From: a virus
Taxonomy: Duplodnaviria > Caudoviricetes
Reading direction: 5' to 3' (one strand)
IMG/VR virus record: IMGVR_UViG_3300044724_001191
Coordinates: 1-30,721 of that record
DNA: 30,721 nucleotides
The notes below the pieces were generated by a model. It ran no database searches. It was not told the DNA's origin and saw only the letters and a program-made list of their open reading frames with translations. Of this stretch, positions 23,222 through 30,721 are shown one piece after another. The number at the start of each line of letters is the position of its first letter. Position 1 is the stretch's first letter. A program made the position numbers and the translations under genes.

Positions 23222-25065
23222 AATGCAGTCAAGTTTGCAAGGTCAGCGTTAGATAGGCGGGTCTTGAATAGGAGGGCTTGGCTAATGCTACCGCCCATTT
23301 GATATGTGGATGCTCCGTTTTCCCTTGTTCCTAAATAAACTAAAGAAGGGGATACGGGAACAGCAGCACTTGTGTCAGTATGTACTTGTGTTCCGTTTAT
23401 ATAAATAACATAGTCGTTTAATTTATATCCTACGGCTACTTTTGCGCCATCGGTTAGCGTACCGCTTCCAGTATACGCAACCTGTACTGCACCGCCACTT
23501 GATGCATAAACGGCTAAATTGTCTTGTAAAGTATTATGAATGATTATAATGTAATTGTTTAAAGAACCATCGCTAATAGACAAAATTCTTCCGTTGTTTT
23601 CTTCTGGGAATTTTCCAATCTCCACAAACATAGTCCCCTCCGTTTGCCCGATTAGGGAACTTATCCCCGTCTTGCTACAAGAGTCAGCCAAGCGCGTTAC
23701 CGTAGTACCGTACGAAGGGAGGTAGGATGTGGGGTAGCTTCCAGCTTCCCATTGTGCGCCATAAGCATAAGTGCTTAAACCATTACCAGCAAAAGAAGGC
23801 ACATCGTTTGTATTATCGTCCTCAAGGATTCTAATTTGAAACGCTCCGTTTGAACCAGTAGCTGTAGCATCGGCAGTTACAATACAACGATACCAACCAT
23901 TGCCGTAATCCTCAATAGAAGCATCTGCGCTCGTTATACCGCCACCACTTGAACCTTTTGTACCATTTAGCACATCAAAGTTTTGCCAATTTGTAGTCCC
24001 GAATGGAGTACCACCAAATTGCAAACGAACATATTGAGCATCATTGTATTTTAAGAATAGACTCATAGTATAGTCCGTTCCGCTTGTTACGCTGAAGGTG
24101 TTATCAGTTAATTGGTGCTGACCGCTTGTAGTGTTGTTTGTAATTGTTGAGGCGTTTACTACGCCCTCTGGTGATGTTGTACTATTTGTCGTTACACTTA
24201 CATTTGTTACAATCGGCTTGTTAGCAAGATATTCGCTATTTGGGTCAGCATTCGTTCTGCTCGGTTCCAAGAGAAGACTTGGGCAATCCCCCGAATAGTC
24301 AAGGCGGGGAACATCCGCAACGCTTGAGGCGGTAACACCCGCAAACTCACTCATTGCCGTTGTAGTGGTTTCAATGTAGTCCGTAGCTACTAACCCTTGC
24401 TCAAGCTGGGCATCTTGGATGTAGATGTTACCGCTTGTTCCACTTACATCATTATTATTATCTGCTGGATAGATTCTAACTCCGTTAATACTGCCTACTT
24501 CAAAAGTAATAGAACAACGATGCCATCCACCTCCAACACTTTCAATGTTGGAATCAATAGTAAAGAAATCTGCCGTTCCTACTACACCATTAGCAAGGTC
24601 AAACCAAGTAGAAGGGGTTGAAGTTCCACCATCAGCAATTAAGCGAATCCAATTTAATGTACCCGCCTTTGCATAAACGCTAAAGGTCTGCACACCGCTT
24701 TGGCTAATTGCTTGGCGAATGTAGCCAAGTGCAGCCGTCTTGTCAATTTTCCAAGCCGTAGTTCCTCCATCATATCCAGCTTGTCCTCCCGTTTCAGTAG
24801 AATTTGAATTTGCCCAAGTCGTGTCAAACGAATTACTCTGTAAGAGGCTATTTGTACGCACCTTCTCCACCAACCCGTTGGCATCTACCCTTGTGGCGTT
24901 ACTGTTACGGGTGAAGGTTAGGTTGGCACTCCCTTGAGGGTCGTTGCCATCGTAGTTGCCCGTTTCATCCGAGAACTTATTCGGTAGGGGCTTTTGCACC
25001 AACACCTCCCCATCCTTAATAGCGGAGGGGATTAAAATTAATGAAGCATCGTCTCTTAAACTCAT
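23218..25065 (-). CDS. Receptor-binding / tail fibre protein
   Basis: FTRNSNATRVDANG N-terminus, two repeated CBM-like modules (GWHRC / GWYRC, AQLEQG / AQWEAG) and a C-terminal ConA-like domain. Confidence 0.8.
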   Translation of the reverse strand: MSLRDDASLILIPSAIKDGEVLVQKPLPNKFSDETGNYDGNDPQGSANLTFTRNSNATRVDANGLVEKVRTNSLLQSNSFDTTWANSNSTETGGQAGYDGGTTAWKIDKTAALGYIRQAISQSGVQTFSVYAKAGTLNWIRLIADGGTSTPSTWFDLANGVVGTADFFTIDSNIESVGGGWHRCSITFEVGSINGVRIYPADNNNDVSGTSGNIYIQDAQLEQGLVATDYIETTTTAMSEFAGVTASSVADVPRLDYSGDCPSLLLEPSRTNADPNSEYLANKPIVTNVSVTTNSTTSPEGVVNASTITNNTTSGQHQLTDNTFSVTSGTDYTMSLFLKYNDAQYVRLQFGGTPFGTTNWQNFDVLNGTKGSSGGGITSADASIEDYGNGWYRCIVTADATATGSNGAFQIRILEDDNTNDVPSFAGNGLSTYAYGAQWEAGSYPTSYLPSYGTTVTRLADSCSKTGISSLIGQTEGTMFVEIGKFPEENNGRILSISDGSLNNYIIIIHNTLQDNLAVYASSGGAVQVAYTGSGTLTDGAKVAVGYKLNDYVIYINGTQVHTDTSAAVPVSPSLVYLGTRENGASTYQMGGSISQALLFKTRLSNADLANLTAL

Positions 25066-25913
25066 AACTGTGCAAGTGCGTTTAGTGCGTTATTTACGCA
25101 AGTTGTTCCTTCAATTACTGCCCCTTGATTACGGGCGTAGCCGTACCAATCAAATACCTCCGTACTATCTAAAGAATACCACGCCTTCAATCCGCTAATC
25201 TCTGCGGTGTTTAGGTCTTGGTACTGCTTCCACATCACCGAATTGATTTCATCACTTGTAAGGGCGCGATTCCAAATGGCTACATTGGCGAGGTTGCCTA
25301 AAAGTTTTAAAGCAGTACCTCCATATCTACCTATAAAAAAGCTACCACTAAAATCTATTGGCCCAGCAGAAGCGGAAGTGTCTTCCGAACCATTAAAATA
25401 AAATGTTCCCGTATTTCCACTTACGCGAATTGCAACATTTGTCCATTCTCCCGTGAATGGGTTTATGCTTGAGGTCATCGTCTTTGTACCAAAAGAACCA
25501 CGAACCTCCCAACGCAACAAGCTTGCATTTGAATAAGCCAATGCGTAATTGGTTGTGTCTCCGTCTGTGCCAAATGCAAAAGCAGTTCCGCTTGTGGCAT
25601 TTATCCAAAAAGATATTGTGTAGTCGCTTGTGCTACCGTTTAAAGGTCTTGGAGCTTCAATATAATCACTCGTTCCGTTGAATACTGCCGAGCCGTTGGA
25701 GGGGCTTGTTATTCCGCTTATTGCTCCCATCTCACTTGTGTAATTGTCAAAGTTCGGGGCAAGGCATAGCTCATCACCCCCAACAATGTAGTTAGTCGTA
25801 AACTCGTCAACAAGCGGTTGGTCAGCGACACCAACTTGCTGGAGGTATAAACCCCACGCTGCGGTATCACCAACGCTGCTATCCCAATAAATACTTCCCC
25901 AACCATTATACAT
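25062..25913 (-). CDS. LamG-domain virion protein
   Basis: SAVFNGTSDYI...TISFWIN...IWNRALT. Confidence 0.75.
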   Translation of the reverse strand: MYNGWGSIYWDSSVGDTAAWGLYLQQVGVADQPLVDEFTTNYIVGGDELCLAPNFDNYTSEMGAISGITSPSNGSAVFNGTSDYIEAPRPLNGSTSDYTISFWINATSGTAFAFGTDGDTTNYALAYSNASLLRWEVRGSFGTKTMTSSINPFTGEWTNVAIRVSGNTGTFYFNGSEDTSASAGPIDFSGSFFIGRYGGTALKLLGNLANVAIWNRALTSDEINSVMWKQYQDLNTAEISGLKAWYSLDSTEVFDWYGYARNQGAVIEGTTCVNNALNALAQL

Positions 25914-25978
25914 TTTTCTTCGTTTTTAGAAATAACTCTAGTTTTTTCATATTGTACTCTTTAGGCTTGTAAGCTTTC

Positions 25979-26482
25979 TTACAGTACCCAGCTTGAGAAA
26001 TAGGAATCTTTGTCGGGGTAGACATCCTCGTTATTGTTTGTATAGTATTCTGGAAACTTCGTAGAGGCGTGAAAGCTCATATAGTCAATAAATCTCCGTG
26101 TGTAGTAGTCGGCAATCTTCTGCTCCTTAGCAATTAGAAAATCTACCTCTTCCTTATCTACGTTGTTGGAGTTTTCGCTGCTATGCTTGTAGACCCCCTT
26201 GTTTGCAATCGTATAGGCTGCAAAGGGTAGGTATTCTACCATAGCAAAGTGGATAAGCATAGGTTGGACGTAGGTATTAACTAAGCTTAAGTAGTCCCCA
26301 CCTAGCGTACCCGCAATGATATCGTTTGAAATCTTGTTATACAGTTCCGTACCCAAGTAATTTTGGATATGGATTTCTTGGGCAATCTTGATAAACTGAA
26401 TAAATTTATCCGTGTCTACATTACCACTCATAGCGGTGTTGCGTACAATGTCTTCCCTTTTTACAAATAGTGCAGTTGCCAT
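25979..26482 (-). CDS. Putative head-tail adaptor
   Basis: Helical 167-aa protein (AQEIHIQNYLGTELY) directly downstream of the portal. Confidence 0.65.
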   Translation of the reverse strand: MATALFVKREDIVRNTAMSGNVDTDKFIQFIKIAQEIHIQNYLGTELYNKISNDIIAGTLGGDYLSLVNTYVQPMLIHFAMVEYLPFAAYTIANKGVYKHSSENSNNVDKEEVDFLIAKEQKIADYYTRRFIDYMSFHASTKFPEYYTNNNEDVYPDKDSYFSSWVL

Positions 26483-26483
26483 A

Positions 26484-28235
26484 TTATTTCAGCCAAGCTG
26501 GTGGGTTTAAATATCCATAATCTTGCATATCTCTTGGAGCCATAGCTACTTCCGTTGGGTTTTGCTCTATACGAGCTTCGGAACGTAAGCTAGGGTCAAG
26601 GGCAGTAATCATAGCCCGTGCCTCATTAACAGAAATACGTTTGTTGCTCTTGCGTAAGTACGTTTGGCGTACCCAGTAGTGCTGACAGAATGGCCCTCCC
26701 TTATAGAACCAAATAGAGTAGTAGTCAGAACCATTTGGGCCAAAGCCTTCGTTTGAGCCTTCAGCATCTAAAATGTCCTCCATTCGGTAAACCCTATTTG
26801 CTCGCTCCATCATAGAACAGAAATCACGGCTCTTACCACTCGCTTGACCCGTACTTGCGTACTTATAGCGCACCTTGATGATGCTAGTGTCTTGCTCGGA
26901 GGTCTCGTTAGGGCTAGAAGAGATAACGCTAGCGAAATTCCATAGGGCGTTATGCACATCTTCCTTATCGTAATCTACGGGGCGTTCATCTATAAGCTCC
27001 CAATCATCGTCCATATCCTCACCCATAGCAATTAGCTTTTCCGCAATGCGGATTTTAAGCTCTTCCTCTTGCTTGCTAAATTTCTTTTGGTCTTTGACCT
27101 TTACTCCAGTTTCCTCTTCAATGACTTCGGCATCTCCTACCTTCATCTTGCTAAATTCAAGCGGACGGAGGGTCTTAAAGTAGAGGTTTAGGGTGATATC
27201 GTTGTATGCCAAAATTTCGTTTAGAGCATCGATAATAACTTCTTGCATAGGTTCTATCACCGTGTTCTCAAAAAGGGCTGAGGCGGTCTCTAATTCGTTT
27301 GCATTGTTGCCCAATCCGCTATTGTCCTTAATACCTAAAAGCATAGGGGAGGTAACACGGTGGGCAATCATTAGCTTACGCATTGACTCATCTGCCAAGA
27401 ACTGATATTGGTCAGAGGCATCGGAAAGCTGCACGGGTTCAATAGTAGCTGCAAGCTCCTTACTATCGTTAAATGCCAAGATAAAGCGACCAGCGTTTGA
27501 GCTACCGCTAAATTTCTCAGCAATACGGGCTTCAATGATGTTTCGCTCTTCCTCCGTTGGAACTCCGTTATTCATATTTAGGAGCATTGACGGGGCGAGG
27601 CCGTTTTGAATGTTGTTGATGTGGTAGTTGGCTACCTCTTCTTCTAGCTCGGCATACTGCAAGCCTCCTTGATAATCAACGGGTGAGTAATAGTAGTATC
27701 CAGCACGATAAGGTTTGACGTAGATAATCTCAATAGCCTCTTCACTATATCCAAAAGCGGGAATACGCATAGGAACCTCCTTGCGGGATGCTACTTCGCT
27801 CCAATCCTTTGCGTAGTAGTAAGCCTCTACCTCACCTTCATCGTTGCATTTCTCAGCACGTAGGGTTTCAATAGGTAAGTGGTCTACTTGTACGATGGTG
27901 CTACGGTCTTGGGAGTAGATTACTTGGATAGCGCATTGGCCCATCATCTTGTAATCGCTCAAAAGCCTACGCAAACAGTTCTTTGAAAACAAAGCCTTCA
28001 TTTGGGCGTACTCATCGGGCTTTCTATTGCTATCGGTAGCATCAATACCACGTCCGTACAAAAGCTCTACAATGCCGTTAATAATAGCGTTGTTGGTAGC
28101 AGAGCCGTTGTACCTATCAATGAGGTATTGGAAGTAGGAATTGTCCTCCCCATACTCTACCCATTCTTTGTTTTGCACCTCTTTGACTACGGGTGCGGTG
28201 TAAGAGCTGAGATTAACTACTCGGATATTGCTCAT
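26484..28235 (-). CDS. Portal protein with a C-terminal extension
   Basis: YGEDN.YF...NGLAPS...FSGSSNAG...AHRVTSPMLLGI portal core in about the first 360 aa; extra domain with SRDFC and KGGPFCQHYW. Confidence 0.85.
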   Translation of the reverse strand: MSNIRVVNLSSYTAPVVKEVQNKEWVEYGEDNSYFQYLIDRYNGSATNNAIINGIVELLYGRGIDATDSNRKPDEYAQMKALFSKNCLRRLLSDYKMMGQCAIQVIYSQDRSTIVQVDHLPIETLRAEKCNDEGEVEAYYYAKDWSEVASRKEVPMRIPAFGYSEEAIEIIYVKPYRAGYYYYSPVDYQGGLQYAELEEEVANYHINNIQNGLAPSMLLNMNNGVPTEEERNIIEARIAEKFSGSSNAGRFILAFNDSKELAATIEPVQLSDASDQYQFLADESMRKLMIAHRVTSPMLLGIKDNSGLGNNANELETASALFENTVIEPMQEVIIDALNEILAYNDITLNLYFKTLRPLEFSKMKVGDAEVIEEETGVKVKDQKKFSKQEEELKIRIAEKLIAMGEDMDDDWELIDERPVDYDKEDVHNALWNFASVISSSPNETSEQDTSIIKVRYKYASTGQASGKSRDFCSMMERANRVYRMEDILDAEGSNEGFGPNGSDYYSIWFYKGGPFCQHYWVRQTYLRKSNKRISVNEARAMITALDPSLRSEARIEQNPTEVAMAPRDMQDYGYLNPPAWLK

Positions 28236-28570
28236 AATACAATAAATTCGTTGTTGTAACTGTTTTCGGTTACATATTCATTTTCATTCACCGTGTATTG
28301 CTTTAGGTCGGTTTGTGAAGTGCAATATACTCTACCTCGATAGATTGTAGTGCTAGATAAAATCACCTCAAACACATAAAACGTACCCTCTTCCACATCG
28401 TAAATGCTAGAAAGGGTCATATACCCATCCGAATTTGTAACCGTAGGGGTAATGGTAGTGGTGGTGTTTGTGGTCTCATCTCTAAAGCTTATGGTAATAC
28501 CACTCGTAGCGTAAGCACGAGGTACTACCACGATGTCTTGAGATGTGCCAATAGGTCTTAGAATGTGCAT
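28232..28570 (-). CDS. Hypothetical beta-rich virion protein
   Basis: 112 aa, Thr-rich, ATGA-coupled to the portal. Confidence 0.6.
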   Translation of the reverse strand: MHILRPIGTSQDIVVVPRAYATSGITISFRDETTNTTTTITPTVTNSDGYMTLSSIYDVEEGTFYVFEVILSSTTIYRGRVYCTSQTDLKQYTVNENEYVTENSYNNEFIVL

Positions 28571-28586
28571 ATCTTAAATTCTGCCT

Positions 28587-28611
28587 AAATAACTACCTTT
28601 TTGCTTTTTGT
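28587..28611 (-). promoter_or_regulatory. Putative late promoter (ACAA-N14-GTTATTT)
   Basis: Intergenic, between a terminator and the portal operon start. Confidence 0.55.
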
Positions 28612-28620
28612 TATTTCTTT

Positions 28621-28648
28621 AAAAAAAGAAAGCCACCCGAAGGTGGCT
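28621..28648 (-). terminator. Intrinsic terminator with a cUUCGg tetraloop
   Basis: AGCCACC-TTCG-GGTGGCT followed by TTCTTTTTTT. Confidence 0.9.
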
Positions 28649-28670
28649 CCCTAAAAGATATGTAAGCTCC

Positions 28671-29222
28671 TTAAGAGTTCGTGCCTACAACGATAGTTGC
28701 AGTAGCAGAAGTCAAGCCAGCAAATGGGTCAGCAGCAGTAGCACCATCAACGATGCTAGCCATACGCTTTTCACCAGCAGTCAAGCTTAAAGTGTAGCCC
28801 GAAAGGTCTCCCATAGCAGAACCAGTTACGGCAGTACCGCCAGTAACCTCAGCTCCGTGTTCAGCACCTACCAACAACACGTTTCCGTTGTAGTCTTCTA
28901 CAAAGATGTGAGGACGGCCATAGGCAATCAACTTCAATTCTTTGTTATCCTCCTTGCTCAACTTGGTGAGGGTAAGGTTAAGCACTTGCTCAAAGAAGGT
29001 AGTACCGTTCTCACGGCTAACATTAAAGTTTTGCTCCAAAGAGTTTGCACCTTTTACATCATACTGATAGGCAGAGAATGTGCCAGTAGCATCTGTAAGT
29101 TCATCATCAGTTCCGAAGGTCAAAGTTCCCAAATCACCGAAGTCTACAAACCAAACTCGGTTAATGCCACCAACGACATCTTTACACGGAACCTTACGAC
29201 CTTGAGTTAAATCACACGCCAT
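28671..29222 (-). CDS. Putative major tail tube protein
   Basis: 183 aa beta-rich protein (GTTFFEQVLNLTL, GYTLSLTAGE); follows the capsid gene and has its own terminator. Confidence 0.7.
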   Translation of the reverse strand: MACDLTQGRKVPCKDVVGGINRVWFVDFGDLGTLTFGTDDELTDATGTFSAYQYDVKGANSLEQNFNVSRENGTTFFEQVLNLTLTKLSKEDNKELKLIAYGRPHIFVEDYNGNVLLVGAEHGAEVTGGTAVTGSAMGDLSGYTLSLTAGEKRMASIVDGATAADPFAGLTSATATIVVGTNS

Positions 29223-29236
29223 TTTTTCTAGGAATT

Positions 29237-29270
29237 AAAAAAGGGGGCGGGGTAGAACCCTCACCCCCTT
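29237..29270 (-). terminator. Intrinsic terminator after the major capsid gene
   Basis: AAGGGGGTGAGGG-loop-CCCCGCCCCCTT followed by a T run. Confidence 0.8.
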
Positions 29271-29292
29271 GAGGTTAATCAATTACGATAAA

Positions 29293-30219
29293 TTAAGCGT
29301 AAAGTACAACTTCAGAACCGATACCGTACTGGATACCAGCAGTAAAGCGCATAATTACACGTACGTTTTGTGAGCCGTCCAAGTCGCTCATATCGAGCAA
29401 CTTAACCTCGTTATGGTCGCTCAACAAACCAGTACCGAAGTACAAGTTAGAAGACTGAGCAGCAACCATCTTATTAGAAGGCATACCATTAACCATAGCA
29501 ACACGGATTCCGTCAAAGTACAAATCGCCTTGACCGTACCACATAGTGCCTTTGTTATCAACACCGTTAGCACCCAAGCCAGAAGTACCGAATCCACCCA
29601 AAGCACGGACGTAAGCCTTTGCTACGTTTTGTGGAACGTAGATGGTCAAATCTTCCTTGCCATAAAGAGCAGAAGGAACGGCATCAGCAACCTTACCTAA
29701 TTCAGCGATTACGTTAGAAGCATCAACGGTAGTAGCCGTAACGTCTACAACGTCTCCGTCAGCAGCAAACAAAGTGGTGAAACCATCGAACTGACCAGCA
29801 GTAGCGTTAGTGCCTTGCCAAATGTTAGTTTCGATACGCTGAGCTACTTTCTCGGCAACGTGAGCCATCAAGAAGTCAGAGAATGAAGGGGGCAAATTGT
29901 CATAAACAGAGTAGCCCATCTGAACAGCCTCCCAGTCAGAACGGAAATCCTTTTTGCACAACTCCAAGTTCACTTGGAACTCTTCGGGCTGAAGGATACG
30001 CTCGGTCAAAGTAACCGTAGAAGTGTCAGAGAAATCACAAGTGGCATCCTTAACGATATCGTCAGTAGCCAATTTTTTGATTACCTCTTTGTACTTTACG
30101 TTAGGCTTGATTTCAATCAAACCATTGTCAAGGGTCGTGCCACTCAAAAGAGCAGCAGCGATGTACTTACCCGCAAATTCGCCAGCGTAAGTAGTAGTAA
30201 TAGAAGTGGTCGTAGCCAT
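29293..30219 (-). CDS. Major capsid protein
   Basis: 308 aa, MATTTSITTTYAGEFAGKYI..., HK97-like QFDG motif; ends the head module before a terminator. Confidence 0.85.
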   Translation of the reverse strand: MATTTSITTTYAGEFAGKYIAAALLSGTTLDNGLIEIKPNVKYKEVIKKLATDDIVKDATCDFSDTSTVTLTERILQPEEFQVNLELCKKDFRSDWEAVQMGYSVYDNLPPSFSDFLMAHVAEKVAQRIETNIWQGTNATAGQFDGFTTLFAADGDVVDVTATTVDASNVIAELGKVADAVPSALYGKEDLTIYVPQNVAKAYVRALGGFGTSGLGANGVDNKGTMWYGQGDLYFDGIRVAMVNGMPSNKMVAAQSSNLYFGTGLLSDHNEVKLLDMSDLDGSQNVRVIMRFTAGIQYGIGSEVVLYA

Positions 30220-30238
30220 TTTTTTTCTATCTTATTTA

Positions 30239-30661
30239 TTAAACAAATTTTTCAGCTCTATTGAGCAAGTCATTAAGTTTCGCTAGAATGTTCTCGCCTT
30301 GACGGGCAGCGTTACTCACGGCTTCCCAGTTAGGATTGTCTTGGTAATCGATTCCCAGCTCTTCGGCAGCACTTTGAAAATCTGCTTGCACTCTAAGGCC
30401 TTCGTCTACCGTCTCTTCGATTTGGTCTAGCATATTCTGTGCGTTCTGCACCTCTTGTTCTAGTACGCTTGCAGCGTTCTCAATGATACTCAAAGTATCG
30501 TCAAGGTCAGCCTCTACATTTAAAGCCTCACTAGTAAGGCTATCCAGTCGCTCACGCACATCCTCTAGGTCTCCGCTAAGAGACAAAGCAATTTTACGTC
30601 CAGCACGGTTGTTCTCCGCTTTGAACATCATATTGTAAATGCGTTGAGTGCTTTTTTTCAT
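30239..30661 (-). CDS. Acidic helical protein, head-module paralog 3 (putative capsid-internal cargo)
   Basis: 140 aa; leader ending RKIALS, AEELGIDY motif; immediately before the capsid gene. Confidence 0.7.
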   Translation of the reverse strand: MKKSTQRIYNMMFKAENNRAGRKIALSLSGDLEDVRERLDSLTSEALNVEADLDDTLSIIENAASVLEQEVQNAQNMLDQIEETVDEGLRVQADFQSAAEELGIDYQDNPNWEAVSNAARQGENILAKLNDLLNRAEKFV

Positions 30662-30721
30662 TACTTCTTTTTAGGAGTCTTAGATAAGAAAGTAGCAAGG
30701 CCGTTAGAGCTTTCTTTAACT
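30596..30721. repeat. Terminal direct repeat copy 2 (126 bp)
   Basis: Identical to 21-146. Confidence 0.95.

Noticed and set aside
20991-25913. Diversity-generating retroelement or invertible fibre switch
   Set aside because: No reverse transcriptase or invertase gene, and no template/variable repeat pair was seen.
24654-29606. Nested minus-strand track ORFs (24654-24884, 25393-25608, 25718-25906, 29421-29606)
   Set aside because: Alternative frames within larger genes with no motif or leader support.
988-30264. All plus-strand ORFs in the track (e.g. 988-1521, 3048-3443, 5101-5541, 21771-22232, 29974-30264)
   Set aside because: They are antisense shadows of well-supported minus-strand genes, with no recognisable motifs or plus-strand expression signals.
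21-30595. tRNA genes or stop-codon reassignment
   Set aside because: No cloverleaf was seen in the few intergenic gaps, and genes tile densely under the standard code using TAA, TGA and TAG stops.

Overview
The window is a complete, circularly closed genome of a tailed dsDNA phage, about 30,575 bp unique. Bases 21-146 equal 30596-30721, and bases 1-20 look like a fold-back artefact. The morphology is siphovirus-like: tape measure, tail tube and no sheath. Every credible gene is on the minus strand. Two exact TTTG-N18/19-TAnnTTTG promoters and A-rich leaders without Shine-Dalgarno sites point to a Bacteroidota (probably Flavobacteriia) host. Modules: head (XkdF-like protease, scaffold, three paralogous acidic proteins, major capsid), tail tube, portal and adaptor, LamG receptor-binding proteins, lysis (two holin-like genes, M15 endolysin, u-spanin), a probable origin, a minimal replication/recombination module without primase or polymerase, HNH and terminase, a phage sigma factor, and the remaining tail genes. 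Most interesting signals: (1) two stem-loop RNAs, each just after a stop codon, whose loops are antisense to the AACCAAAAC/ACCAAA-type translation-initiation regions of the phage's own early genes; (2) three paralogous acidic proteins between scaffold and capsid sharing a basic leader ending RKxxLS, like capsid-targeted injected cargo; (3) a 37-aa peptide overprinted on the endolysin/spanin junction resembling the ribonucleotide reductase alpha C-terminal CxxC tail; (4) a gene cassette bounded by a 26-bp stop/start repeat; (5) a -1 frameshifted chaperone gene with about 245 nt of dual coding. All calls were made by eye, without database searches.
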